IMG/VR virus record: IMGVR_UViG_3300028833_000108
Location: 1 to 64,000 of that record
Origin: a virus
Lineage: Duplodnaviria; Caudoviricetes
DNA length: 64,000 bases
Strand: one strand, 5' to 3'
A program made the position numbers and the translations under genes. The notes under the pieces were generated by a model that worked only from the letters and a program-made list of their open reading frames with translations, had not been told where the DNA came from and did no database searches. Numbering within the stretch: the first letter of the stretch is position 1; every line of letters begins with the position of its first letter. Positions 1 to 8,555 of the stretch are shown one piece after another.

Positions 1-33
1 TCGAGTCTTTCGGGGTCTCTCATAATTTACCTC

Positions 34-993
34 TTACTCTGCCTTTACGTGTTTAAACCCAAGTTCCTTGGCTTCCTTTACGGTAATCGTGTCACCATCC
101 TGATACGCTTTCTTCTGTCCTTCTTCATTCAGCTCGCCGCTTTTGAAGGTAGAAGCAGGGACAGGATTGCCAGGATGGAAGGTGTACATACAATCGCCGA
201 TACCTTCTTCAGGACCAACAATCAAGATTGTAAAGTCAACTCGTTCACGCTGGTCAGTCTTCATGCACAAAGACAAGAATCCTGTTTTCTTAAAGTCGTT
301 AAAATAGCAGAGAGCATCATCAGGGAATTGGTCGATATCCAGCATGCCATGATAACCAGAAATATCTTCCGTAAAATACGCCTTGCAACAAGGAGACAAC
401 ACACCTTTTGTATCAATCCACGGAGACCAATTTGCAGACATCAGTTTGGCTTCCATTTCCTCAACAGTTTCACAGTCAGTGGTAGAACCGATGCCATTCT
501 TCAATCTCTGTTGGAGACACTTTTCAAAGTAATCAGGCATCTTCGCTTTAGTCTTCTGAATACAGTTTTTCACGTATTCATTAACTCTGTTCGCATCACT
601 AGCTTTGTCGTATTCTTCCTTAGCCACAATAAAAGCATCAACCAGCTTCGGCAATCTCTCGTAGAATTCATCAGCAGACTGACATTCATCCATCTGATGA
701 GCATACTTAGTAAAGACTGGGGCACCACCTGGACCAATAGAAAGTCTTGAAATTAGAATACGATTTGTAGGAAGATGATACATGCCAACACAGTATGTAT
801 CATCGTCAATAAACTTTATGTACGCAATACCCCAATCAAGCGTTGGCTTGTCATCCTTCATGAACGCCCATCTTGTCAATTTCGGGGTAATACCGAATTC
901 AATCAATCGGCTAACCATTCCAGTACGGTTCATCTTATCCTGAACCAACTTTCGCGCTTCTTGTATTGCCAAGCCTTCGTATTCGTCATTCAT
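34..993 (-). CDS. hypothetical phage protein (319 aa)
   Basis: Long ORF with phage-like codon usage and an AAGGGG SD-like site upstream; no family motif recognised. Confidence 0.75.
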   Translation of the reverse strand: MNDEYEGLAIQEARKLVQDKMNRTGMVSRLIEFGITPKLTRWAFMKDDKPTLDWGIAYIKFIDDDTYCVGMYHLPTNRILISRLSIGPGGAPVFTKYAHQMDECQSADEFYERLPKLVDAFIVAKEEYDKASDANRVNEYVKNCIQKTKAKMPDYFEKCLQQRLKNGIGSTTDCETVEEMEAKLMSANWSPWIDTKGVLSPCCKAYFTEDISGYHGMLDIDQFPDDALCYFNDFKKTGFLSLCMKTDQRERVDFTILIVGPEEGIGDCMYTFHPGNPVPASTFKSGELNEEGQKKAYQDGDTITVKEAKELGFKHVKAE

Positions 994-1008
994 AATAACC
1001 CCTTGATG

Positions 1009-1143
1009 TCATCTAGTAAAGATGTGACTAAGGTACGGGCACAGAATTACCGTGTCCTTAGGAATGCTAGCGCAAAGATTCTTTAACCCTTGCTCAATAT
1101 TCCCGTTTGCATTCGGAAGTGGTTTTATATCTATTACTGGCAT
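1009..1143 (-). CDS. putative 44-aa small protein (MPVIDIKPLP...HIFTR), probably leaderless
   Basis: Hand-translated. ATG lies 6 nt after the -10 box of a TTGACA-N17-TATTTT promoter and the ORF fills the intergenic gap; it is below the ORF-track cutoff. Confidence 0.4.
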   Translation of the reverse strand: MPVIDIKPLPNANGNIEQGLKNLCASIPKDTVILCPYLSHIFTR

Positions 1144-1149
1144 ACCCAT

Positions 1150-1178
1150 AAAATAGACTTTTATTATATCTTTGTCAA
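1150..1178 (-). promoter_or_regulatory. sigma70-type early promoter TTGACA-N17-TATTTT
   Basis: Consensus -35 at 1178-1173, 17-nt spacer, -10 at 1155-1150. Confidence 0.7.
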
Positions 1179-1195
1179 GAGGTCAATACGGGAGG

Positions 1196-1399
1196 CTAAT
1201 CATCAAACTGGGTAGCTCCTTTCAACGGCTTTCCGCACATGGGGCAACACTTGATGGCTACGCCTACCCATTCACCATTGTCAGTGTAGACAGAGAGGTA
1301 GTTGTCTTCGTCAATAAAAGCTTCAGCCTTACCATTGTCATTGAACAAGGGAAAACGCTCGGCTTCTTCGTTTGTTTCGTGGTCGCAGTATTTACACAT
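1196..1399 (-). CDS. small zinc-ribbon-like protein (67 aa)
   Basis: CKYC near the N-terminus and CCPMCG near the C-terminus. Confidence 0.65.
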   Translation of the reverse strand: MCKYCDHETNEEAERFPLFNDNGKAEAFIDEDNYLSVYTDNGEWVGVAIKCCPMCGKPLKGATQFDD

Positions 1400-1404
1400 A
1401 AGCG

Positions 1405-1641
1405 TTAAAAGAAGATGAATTTAATACAGGCTGCCATAGCGATGCCAATCATCAGCATCACTGGAACCATGAAGATTACAAGCCAAACAATGATACGCAC
1501 ATTGAAGGTGTTCGCCTCGATGTTGTACAGCTTAAAGTCAGCCATCAGGCGGAGGATTTGGTTGATAATGAAAATACCAATCTTCTCGAAGATATTCTGA
1601 TAGTCAGAAATGTTGTTTCTTTTGTATCTAGCGATAATCAT
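1405..1641 (-). CDS. small membrane protein (78 aa)
   Basis: Hydrophobic C-terminal segment IIVWLVIFMVPVMLMIGIAMAACI; tightly packed in the operon. Confidence 0.55.
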   Translation of the reverse strand: MIIARYKRNNISDYQNIFEKIGIFIINQILRLMADFKLYNIEANTFNVRIIVWLVIFMVPVMLMIGIAMAACIKFIFF

Positions 1642-1643
1642 AC

Positions 1644-2072
1644 TTATCCCTCGAACGCAACGTATTTAAGTTTGTACTTGGTGACAGTTTTCTTTCCATT
1701 CTGCTCTACTGGAATTCCCTCGCCGACAGGAAAGATTTTCAGGTTTTTAAGCCCGTAGCTTTCACAAATGTTCATCAGCTTCTTGCCGAACTTATTGGAT
1801 TCGCACTTGAAGGTCATCACCAGCTTGCCATCGACATTTTTCGCATCGACGCAATGACCCATGACCTGGTCTTCCCAAACAACATTGAGAGGAACTTTCT
1901 TTATTTGGCGTTCAATCGGGTTGAACTCCTGAATGATGAACCTCTGGTTACGATTGACTTGGTCAACAATTTGGTCAACAGTATCGACGGTATACCAGTT
2001 GCCGTCCTGTGTCGGATGGTTAGTGTCGATTACTTCGGCAGGAAACTGGTAGTCAACTTTAATCCTTGGCAT
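1644..2072 (-). CDS. degenerate prohead-protease (gp21-like) fold protein
   Basis: Start moved to ATG 2072 (AAGGAGG SD). The pattern DGNWYT..MGH..KFGKKL..IFPVGEG..YKLKYV parallels gp21 NGRxY..SH..PxGxxL..VSSRGxG..FxLxxxD, but the SSRG serine is absent. Confidence 0.45.
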   Translation of the reverse strand: MPRIKVDYQFPAEVIDTNHPTQDGNWYTVDTVDQIVDQVNRNQRFIIQEFNPIERQIKKVPLNVVWEDQVMGHCVDAKNVDGKLVMTFKCESNKFGKKLMNICESYGLKNLKIFPVGEGIPVEQNGKKTVTKYKLKYVAFEG

Positions 2073-2361
2073 TCTTAACCTCCTTGACGAAATCGGGGCC
2101 GCACAATACTTCAAGACTTCTTTCCATAATTATCATACGGCGCTGGAAGTAGTCGCTTACATTACGAAGGAACAGTCTGACCTGCTGTCCGCATTCCTTC
2201 TTGTTGATTACGTCAATCACGTCGCCATAAGCCCGACGACAAAACTTGAATTCATCTTGCAGGCGTTTCTTGTTTCCTACAAGGTTATCATACACTTTTC
2301 TCTGTTCGTCAGTAAAGGACTTTATAATCTTTTCTCTAAGTTCAGGTGTAATCTCGGCCAT
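2059..2361 (-). CDS. hypothetical protein (100 aa)
   Basis: ORF with a GAGG SD, overlapping the next gene in the operon. Confidence 0.7.
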   Translation of the reverse strand: MAEITPELREKIIKSFTDEQRKVYDNLVGNKKRLQDEFKFCRRAYGDVIDVINKKECGQQVRLFLRNVSDYFQRRMIIMERSLEVLCGPDFVKEVKNAKD

Positions 2362-2362
2362 G

Positions 2363-3205
2363 TTATACCTCGTAGTTTTCCAATAGATATCTATGTGCAG
2401 TTACCGCATTCCTTAACGCTTCTATGAACGTAGCGTGTCCATACTTCGCCTTTGGTCTCTCGTGATGAATATGCGTTATGCCAGTCCTAGGAACGCCAAG
2501 TCCTGCCAGGATTATCTCCTTGTCATAGAAGCATTCCACACCAAGGAAACCATCCTCTCCTCCCCAGCATCCGCTGAAAATGGGAGAAAATACACAGTTG
2601 TAACCGTAGAGTGTGCTGTTAATCTTGATTAGACGCTCGATGGCGGCCTTGTTCATTCCGATGTTGCATGACCATAGAACAGCCGAATCCAGAACAGGAG
2701 CTTCCTCGTCTATATTAGTAAACGGGTCTCGGAAGATGTTCCTGTACTTGTTATGCTCCCTCTGGTCGGTGTAGCCGAAGCCGAAGTCGTCTCGTCTTCC
2801 GCAAAGGACAATGGGCTTGTCACCAGACAAGTATTCGTCATATCCCTTGATGATGTCCCCTTCTGGCAAGCAATCACCATCGATAAACACCAGTTTGTCG
2901 CAACCATCCGCCAAAGCTTCCTTTATGCAGATGTTGCGGCAATATCCAGCAAGGAAATAATCGACATCAGGCGTCATCATTGGCCTGTACACGTTGTCTG
3001 GAACCTTGTCGTTGAATAACAGTTTCGAGAAGCTCTTACAGGAATGCTTCTCCATTATGGCAGTAGCCTCTTCCTGTAGTTTCTTTGGTTCACGGTCAAG
3101 CATGTAGTAGAGACGGTCAGGCTTCACCGTCATTTCATCTACCTTGCACAACATCTGGTCCATGTAAGGAACCTGATTCTTGCTTATGATGATAAGACCT
3201 ATCAT
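2363..3205 (-). CDS. glycosyltransferase family 2 (GT-A fold)
   Basis: RN..A..LVFIDGDC (DxD) motif, SCNIG, and C-terminal F.G.WGGED...HIHH. Confidence 0.85.
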   Translation of the reverse strand: MIGLIIISKNQVPYMDQMLCKVDEMTVKPDRLYYMLDREPKKLQEEATAIMEKHSCKSFSKLLFNDKVPDNVYRPMMTPDVDYFLAGYCRNICIKEALADGCDKLVFIDGDCLPEGDIIKGYDEYLSGDKPIVLCGRRDDFGFGYTDQREHNKYRNIFRDPFTNIDEEAPVLDSAVLWSCNIGMNKAAIERLIKINSTLYGYNCVFSPIFSGCWGGEDGFLGVECFYDKEIILAGLGVPRTGITHIHHERPKAKYGHATFIEALRNAVTAHRYLLENYEV

Positions 3206-4113
3206 ACAATCACCCCGACTACTCCGAGTGCAATAGCAATAATTGTCAAGGCAAGGAGAACATATTCCATCGGGAACTTTTTCTGCTCATTCAACGTTTC
3301 AAGAGAGCGAACCCTTTCCTGCAACGATATCTGTGCACCGATTACCTGCTGGTCCTGCTTTATCAACATGTTCAACTTGTCCGTTATGGACTTCTGGTTG
3401 TTTGCATAAATTCCGACAATATCATACAGTCCATCTACATTGTTCGCCAAGTCATACACAGCCTTGTTAACGCTTTCCTCGTCGCCAAAGTCATCCATGC
3501 CGTAATCGCCATTTGAAAACACCGATGCGAGCATGTTGTCAACTTCATGTTCCTCCTTCGGTGTAAGCACGGTAGACGGCTTCTTGCACGGAGGAGTGTC
3601 CATTTCTTCAAGAGGGGTAATCGGCAACTGGCTGTTGGGAATTGCCGCAAAGTGTTTCACGATATAACCATCCCTCTTTTCAATCTTTGTCGTTGCGAAG
3701 CTCTTTGGTCCAATCGGTATGAACTTGATGCCATCGTGCTTTCCTGGAACGGTATAGAGTATCATGTTCGTCACGACACCCTCACTCAGGAAGGCCATCG
3801 CAGTTTGGTTTCCGCCCATGATGTAAACAGGCTTGTCAATCCGCTTTGCCAACGTCAAGGCGGTAAACACATTGGTGGTGTACGACGTGTGTTTTAACCG
3901 TGTAGTCAATGACTTGGAGAACAGGATGCGTGAAGCAACACGTGTCTTGCGGAAACTCTTTAACTCATTGTAAGCATTGCGGCCCATGATAATCGTGTTC
4001 CCCTTGACAAGTTTTTCCATGTCCTTGTGAATAGCTTCGCAATCCCAAGGTATCGATGTCCCGTCTCCTATCGTCCCATTCTCATCAATCGTCAGCAGAA
4101 GTGTAATATCCAT
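3202..4113 (-). CDS. DHFR-like domain fused to a coiled coil and C-terminal membrane anchor
   Basis: DENGTIG..IPW, IIMGR and YIMGG DHFR motifs in residues 1-160; C-terminal TM segment YVLLALTIIAIALGVVGVIV. Confidence 0.75.
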   Translation of the reverse strand: MDITLLLTIDENGTIGDGTSIPWDCEAIHKDMEKLVKGNTIIMGRNAYNELKSFRKTRVASRILFSKSLTTRLKHTSYTTNVFTALTLAKRIDKPVYIMGGNQTAMAFLSEGVVTNMILYTVPGKHDGIKFIPIGPKSFATTKIEKRDGYIVKHFAAIPNSQLPITPLEEMDTPPCKKPSTVLTPKEEHEVDNMLASVFSNGDYGMDDFGDEESVNKAVYDLANNVDGLYDIVGIYANNQKSITDKLNMLIKQDQQVIGAQISLQERVRSLETLNEQKKFPMEYVLLALTIIAIALGVVGVIV

Positions 4114-4157
4114 ATCGAATAGTCGTTTAATCTTGTAATTAAATTACATTTTTTCGA

Positions 4158-5546
4158 CTAATTTAGGATATGGAGGTTCTTTGCCGCACGGGTAAATGCG
4201 GTATATTTCAGCTTATTCCTTTGGAGAATGTCCCAGTCACAGATGTTGATATCCTTCTCGACGACATAGACATTGTCGATAGTGGAACCCTGAGCCTTAT
4301 GAATAGTCATCGCATAGCTGTAATTGACATAGCAGAACGAGTTGATGAAGTCGTAGTATTCCTGCCACACCTCATGCCTGTTATGTACAGGACGCCCTGT
4401 AATAGGGTCAACCTCGGCACACAGTGTTTTTGCCTTGCCAATGAGCTGTCGCTTCAATGCTATGAAAGTAGGAAGTCCCTCGGCGGAAACAACCTTGATG
4501 TGACGAAGTTCCCTCTTGTTCGACGGGGCCAGGTAGTTATCCACAAGCAGGCTCCAACAAACGATGTTGGTTTCCTGTTCGGTATACTTTTCGGCTTCAA
4601 CCACTTCCAATCGTTCACCGTTAGCATATACCTGTAGAGTCTTATCCCCAGCCAACGGAATGCTGTATCCTTCCGTAACAATCAAGTCATCCCCTGGCGT
4701 ATATTCTTCCACTTCGTTGCCAAAGATATGACGCCTGATGAAGCAGTTAGACTTGTCTACGGCATTGTTGGTGTACGCAAGGAGACGGCAGAAGTTCTTG
4801 TTGTCCTTATATTCCTCGGACATGAAATCGGCGAAAAGGTTCTCAAAGAAAGGTTTCTTCGCCGTATAGAAACGGACACCCTCTCCACGTTCGTTCACAC
4901 GGTCAACATGCTCGAAGCAGTCTTCTGGACGGAACATGTTCCTGGGGTCACGGATGGGAGTAACAAGGTCGATGATAGGATTGTCCTCAGACACACGCAT
5001 GACCTTGGTCAGCCTGAATATGTTAGGAACACAGGAGAAAACTACCGAGGATGCAAAATTAACTGGAGGGAGCTGAGCTTCATCGCCAACATAGAGGATT
5101 TTCATCTGGGGAAAATCACGCAGAACACTCTGAATCATTGCATAGCAGTCGTCATTAATCATCGATGCTTCATCGATGACTATGAGACGATACTTACGAG
5201 CATGGCAGACACCATCTCGCACCAGAATCTTACCTTTGTCTTCGTTCTGTTCAAGTTTGAGCCCGAGCAGACCGCTGATGGTCTTGTCGTAATTCTTGCC
5301 ACTTCTCTGGGAAAGGACACGCACCGCCTCATTGGTGTAAGCGGTGCAGTATACCTTGATTTTCTTGAATTCTTTGGAAAGTTCCTTCAAGAATACGTGA
5401 AGGAGGGAGGTCTTTCCAGTACCTGCTGCACCAGTAAGTACCATTTCCCTCTGCGAAGCATCACGCATGAAGGTAAGCATTTCAGCCAACCCCTTGCGCT
5501 GGTCGGGGCTGAGCTGTTTCTTTGTAATTAGATTTGAGCGACTCAT
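4158..5546 (-). CDS. dda: Dda/RecD-like SF1B DNA helicase
   Basis: GAAGTGKT Walker A, IVIDEASM, GDEAQLPPV, YAMTIHKAQGST and YTAFTRA motifs. Confidence 0.9.
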   Translation of the reverse strand: MSRSNLITKKQLSPDQRKGLAEMLTFMRDASQREMVLTGAAGTGKTSLLHVFLKELSKEFKKIKVYCTAYTNEAVRVLSQRSGKNYDKTISGLLGLKLEQNEDKGKILVRDGVCHARKYRLIVIDEASMINDDCYAMIQSVLRDFPQMKILYVGDEAQLPPVNFASSVVFSCVPNIFRLTKVMRVSEDNPIIDLVTPIRDPRNMFRPEDCFEHVDRVNERGEGVRFYTAKKPFFENLFADFMSEEYKDNKNFCRLLAYTNNAVDKSNCFIRRHIFGNEVEEYTPGDDLIVTEGYSIPLAGDKTLQVYANGERLEVVEAEKYTEQETNIVCWSLLVDNYLAPSNKRELRHIKVVSAEGLPTFIALKRQLIGKAKTLCAEVDPITGRPVHNRHEVWQEYYDFINSFCYVNYSYAMTIHKAQGSTIDNVYVVEKDINICDWDILQRNKLKYTAFTRAAKNLHILN

Positions 5547-5553
5547 GCCGTTA

Positions 5554-5582
5554 AATATAGTTATTTAGTCGGCGAATGTCAA
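5554..5582 (-). promoter_or_regulatory. sigma70-type promoter TTGACA-N17-TATATT (dda, apparently leaderless)
   Basis: Consensus boxes; ATG follows 7 nt after the -10 box. Confidence 0.7.
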
Positions 5583-5586
5583 CATA

Positions 5587-6675
5587 CTAATATACTGTTT
5601 GCATGAACTGGGTGGCGTCAATTGCTTGTTGCACACTGTCATAAACCCGTGCATCCGTATTCATGGTCTGGTGGTTGTACTTGACTTGACGCCAGATTTC
5701 CTCAATACGGTCTTCACGCTCCTTGGCGTTGTAAGCCTTCATGTTGATGCCAATTCGGCTTCTTGGCGGGGGTGGAAGTTCACGTAGCTTAACAAGGCAC
5801 TTCAAAGCGTGTTCAAGCTTGTTTACCTTGACATTGTAAACGTAGCGATAATAGAAGCTTTCCGCACGTTGCGGGATATTCTCTATCATTTCCATCGTCA
5901 ATTCATCGGCAAACGCAAACTGGCCTTTCTTCAAAGCATCGGCAACCACATAGTCTGCGGCGGCAATCGTCTCGTCAAACTCCCAGTAAGGGAATTCGTT
6001 TAGACAGATTTCATACCACAGCCTAGCCATTTCTGGGTTCTTCGTGTCCTTGTAGCTGGTCGCAATGTAGTATGCAGTACGTAGGGAATGCCCCTTCTTC
6101 CACAACTTAATCAGGGCCTTCAAGTTACGGGCGACATCACGCTGCTTCTTGAAGTTGATGAACTCGTTCTTGAAAGTGATTACCTTTCTGGGTTCAGCCG
6201 TGTCGATAACATACTCGTGAATCGGGTTGATAAACCGAGATGTTTCCTTACGGACAATCCTGACACGAGGGAACTTCAATTTACTGGTAATCCTAGTGTA
6301 CATGACAATGTCCGAAGTCGAGTACATCGTGCTAGCCTTATCGAACTTTGCCCTTACGTCACGGGCGTTATCGAGCATGTCGTTAACGTCAACCCACATA
6401 ACGTATTCCTTAGTGGCAAGCGAGAAGCCGTAGTTCTTAGCCTTTCCGAAGTCGAAGTTTCCTTCATCGTCAAGAAACAGTGTGCCGACTGCATCAATGA
6501 TGACAGGCTGGCGCACCATCTTTTGGAACTTTCTGGCTTCTTCAAGCGTCTTGTCGGTAGAACCTGTATCGACGATAACAAATTCATCGGCAAGTCCTAC
6601 AAGCCGTCGCAAACATTCCTGAATTCTACTCTCACCGTTCCTGACAACCAGGACTGCTGACAGTTCATGTCTCAT
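5587..6675 (-). CDS. GT2 glycosyltransferase with C-terminal TPR-like helices
   Basis: VRNGE..I..CL, IVDTGSTDKT, FDFGKAKN, WVDVND and IHE motifs, followed by a helical TPR-like region. Confidence 0.85.
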   Translation of the reverse strand: MRHELSAVLVVRNGESRIQECLRRLVGLADEFVIVDTGSTDKTLEEARKFQKMVRQPVIIDAVGTLFLDDEGNFDFGKAKNYGFSLATKEYVMWVDVNDMLDNARDVRAKFDKASTMYSTSDIVMYTRITSKLKFPRVRIVRKETSRFINPIHEYVIDTAEPRKVITFKNEFINFKKQRDVARNLKALIKLWKKGHSLRTAYYIATSYKDTKNPEMARLWYEICLNEFPYWEFDETIAAADYVVADALKKGQFAFADELTMEMIENIPQRAESFYYRYVYNVKVNKLEHALKCLVKLRELPPPPRSRIGINMKAYNAKEREDRIEEIWRQVKYNHQTMNTDARVYDSVQQAIDATQFMQTVY

Positions 6676-6678
6676 ATA

Positions 6679-7344
6679 TTACCCATTCGTGTAATCGTCG
6701 TCGTTCAGTTGCTTTGCCAAGTCATCGACAGGCATTGAAGCGAAATCTTCCTCATCGGGCGTTACACCCATTTCGGCCTTTTCCTTTTCAAGCTTTTCCT
6801 CCTCGTCAATCTTCTTGTTTGCATCAATAGCGAACTCGTCGATGGATGAGTAGTTGTTCATCGTTCCTTCGTTCAGGGCGACAAACTTGATTTTCTTGCT
6901 ACGGGCAACCAGTTTGTTATGAGCCTGAATAAACGCACAGAACGTGATTTTTGCGAGGTAGTAATACGGGTCAACGTTCTTTGTCGTCTGCATCTTGACA
7001 GGGTCGAAGTTGTGGCTATGCTTGATAAGAAGTTCGATGGCACGGTCACGCATCTCCTGTTTCCAGTCGGGGGTGTAGCCACGCCACTTCTGGTTTCCTA
7101 GGTTCTTGTCGATAACAACGTTAAACACATAACCGAGTGCCTCTGACACGGGATAGTCCGTTCCGTACTTCTTTCGCATGTCTTTCAGCTCAACAAGCAA
7201 CTTGGTCAGAATTTCCTTGTCAATCTTGCCGCTTCTCATGCGGGCATCAAAAGCCTTCAACTGGTCTATTGTCCAGGAATAGCCGCTCTCGGGTATTTCA
7301 AAGTCAAGCGTGATTTCCGCATTGGTCGGTTCTACTTTTTCCAT
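6679..7344 (-). CDS. gp55: late-transcription sigma factor (T4 gp55-like)
   Basis: WRGYTPDWKQEM..AIE....HNFDP...PYYYL....AFIQ matches T4 gp55 FSGYT.SWKQEM...HNFD...NPHAY...AFVQ. Confidence 0.85.
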   Translation of the reverse strand: MEKVEPTNAEITLDFEIPESGYSWTIDQLKAFDARMRSGKIDKEILTKLLVELKDMRKKYGTDYPVSEALGYVFNVVIDKNLGNQKWRGYTPDWKQEMRDRAIELLIKHSHNFDPVKMQTTKNVDPYYYLAKITFCAFIQAHNKLVARSKKIKFVALNEGTMNNYSSIDEFAIDANKKIDEEEKLEKEKAEMGVTPDEEDFASMPVDDLAKQLNDDDYTNG

Positions 7345-7388
7345 ATTTTACTCATGGATTGAAACTCATAAGTAAAATACATTTTATT

Positions 7389-7420
7389 AAAAAAGTCCCG
7401 CCATATTTCTATGACGGGAC
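7389..7420 (-). terminator. rho-independent terminator
   Basis: GTCCCGCCAT/ATGACGGGAC stem with a U-tract on the minus strand. Confidence 0.65.
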
Positions 7421-7439
7421 TCAATCGGGGAGAAAAAAG

Positions 7440-7952
7440 CTATGCTTCAATGTACTTCTCTTGGTCATCCTTCGGGATTAGCTTCAAAGCCTCCCTGCTA
7501 GGAAGATTGGCAATGGTACGCCGAATCTTTTCGAACTTTCTACTTTCAATGTCCTTGTACTGCGGATACCAGCGTTTCTTGCTACCAAGCTTCTTTCGGT
7601 AGAACTGGTGAAGCACGTTGATATAGCAAAATAGAGGGAACATCGCCTTTTCGGCTTCCTTCATGGAGTCGAACTCGACCTGAGGGAATGTCTTAGCCAA
7701 AGCATTGACTGCGTTATCCGTCAAAATCAGGTACTTGTACTTCCACGGGTAGGAAAACACATCGTTCTCGAAATCAACACCACGCATGCTGAACTTACCA
7801 TACTGGTTCACCCGAAGAACGGCTGTGCTGAACTCCGAAAAGTTCATATAGAATCCGCCAGGGAAATTGTGGTCGTCCACAATCTCGACCGTGATACCAG
7901 CCTTTGACTGCAGTTCCTTGGCCAGATTATCGAGGAAATCCTTGATATTCAT
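7440..7952 (-). CDS. hypothetical protein (170 aa)
   Basis: ORF in a minus-strand operon with an AGGTGG SD-like site. Confidence 0.75.
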   Translation of the reverse strand: MNIKDFLDNLAKELQSKAGITVEIVDDHNFPGGFYMNFSEFSTAVLRVNQYGKFSMRGVDFENDVFSYPWKYKYLILTDNAVNALAKTFPQVEFDSMKEAEKAMFPLFCYINVLHQFYRKKLGSKKRWYPQYKDIESRKFEKIRRTIANLPSREALKLIPKDDQEKYIEA

Positions 7953-7960
7953 GAGACCAC

Positions 7961-8515
7961 CTACTTCAATTCATACGGGACGACTTCGGAAAGATTGTCG
8001 CTTTCCTTGGGCGGAATAAACATCGGGAAGAGAGCGTTGAAGATATACATTGCTGAATCACCAACGATTTCGGGGCACTGCTCAGCAGGAACCATTGCAA
8101 TGTCAATCTCAATCTTTTCCATCATGAACTGACCAAGCTCGGCATCGTTATCCCTTTGACGTTCAAGAGCTTCCTTATAACGGTCAGCAAGGTCGGTCTG
8201 CAACTTGGTGAACTCTGCGTTCTTTTCAGGCGGGAGCCTTCCGATAGCGTCCTCGAATTCCCTGATGTTGGAGAGAGGAGGAAGGTTGAACTTGGCGGCA
8301 ATGTCGCTGAGTTCCTTGGTGTACTTCAAGTATTCATCGTCAGGCTTGAATGCGTCGAGCATGCTAGAAACTTCCTTGTCGGTAGTTTCTAGGTTCTTGT
8401 GCATAGCGTACCTGAATGTGCTGCTGATACGACCAGTGAATAACTTTTCACCCATAGCCCTCTTGAAGGCCTGGTTCATGTCAAAAATAGCTTGATGACT
8501 CAGTAATCTTTTCAT
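7961..8515 (-). CDS. hypothetical helical protein (184 aa)
   Basis: ORF with typical codon usage. Confidence 0.75.
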   Translation of the reverse strand: MKRLLSHQAIFDMNQAFKRAMGEKLFTGRISSTFRYAMHKNLETTDKEVSSMLDAFKPDDEYLKYTKELSDIAAKFNLPPLSNIREFEDAIGRLPPEKNAEFTKLQTDLADRYKEALERQRDNDAELGQFMMEKIEIDIAMVPAEQCPEIVGDSAMYIFNALFPMFIPPKESDNLSEVVPYELK

Positions 8516-8555
8516 GTGAGTACCGTGTTGATGTTTCTGCTTATATAATATACAT

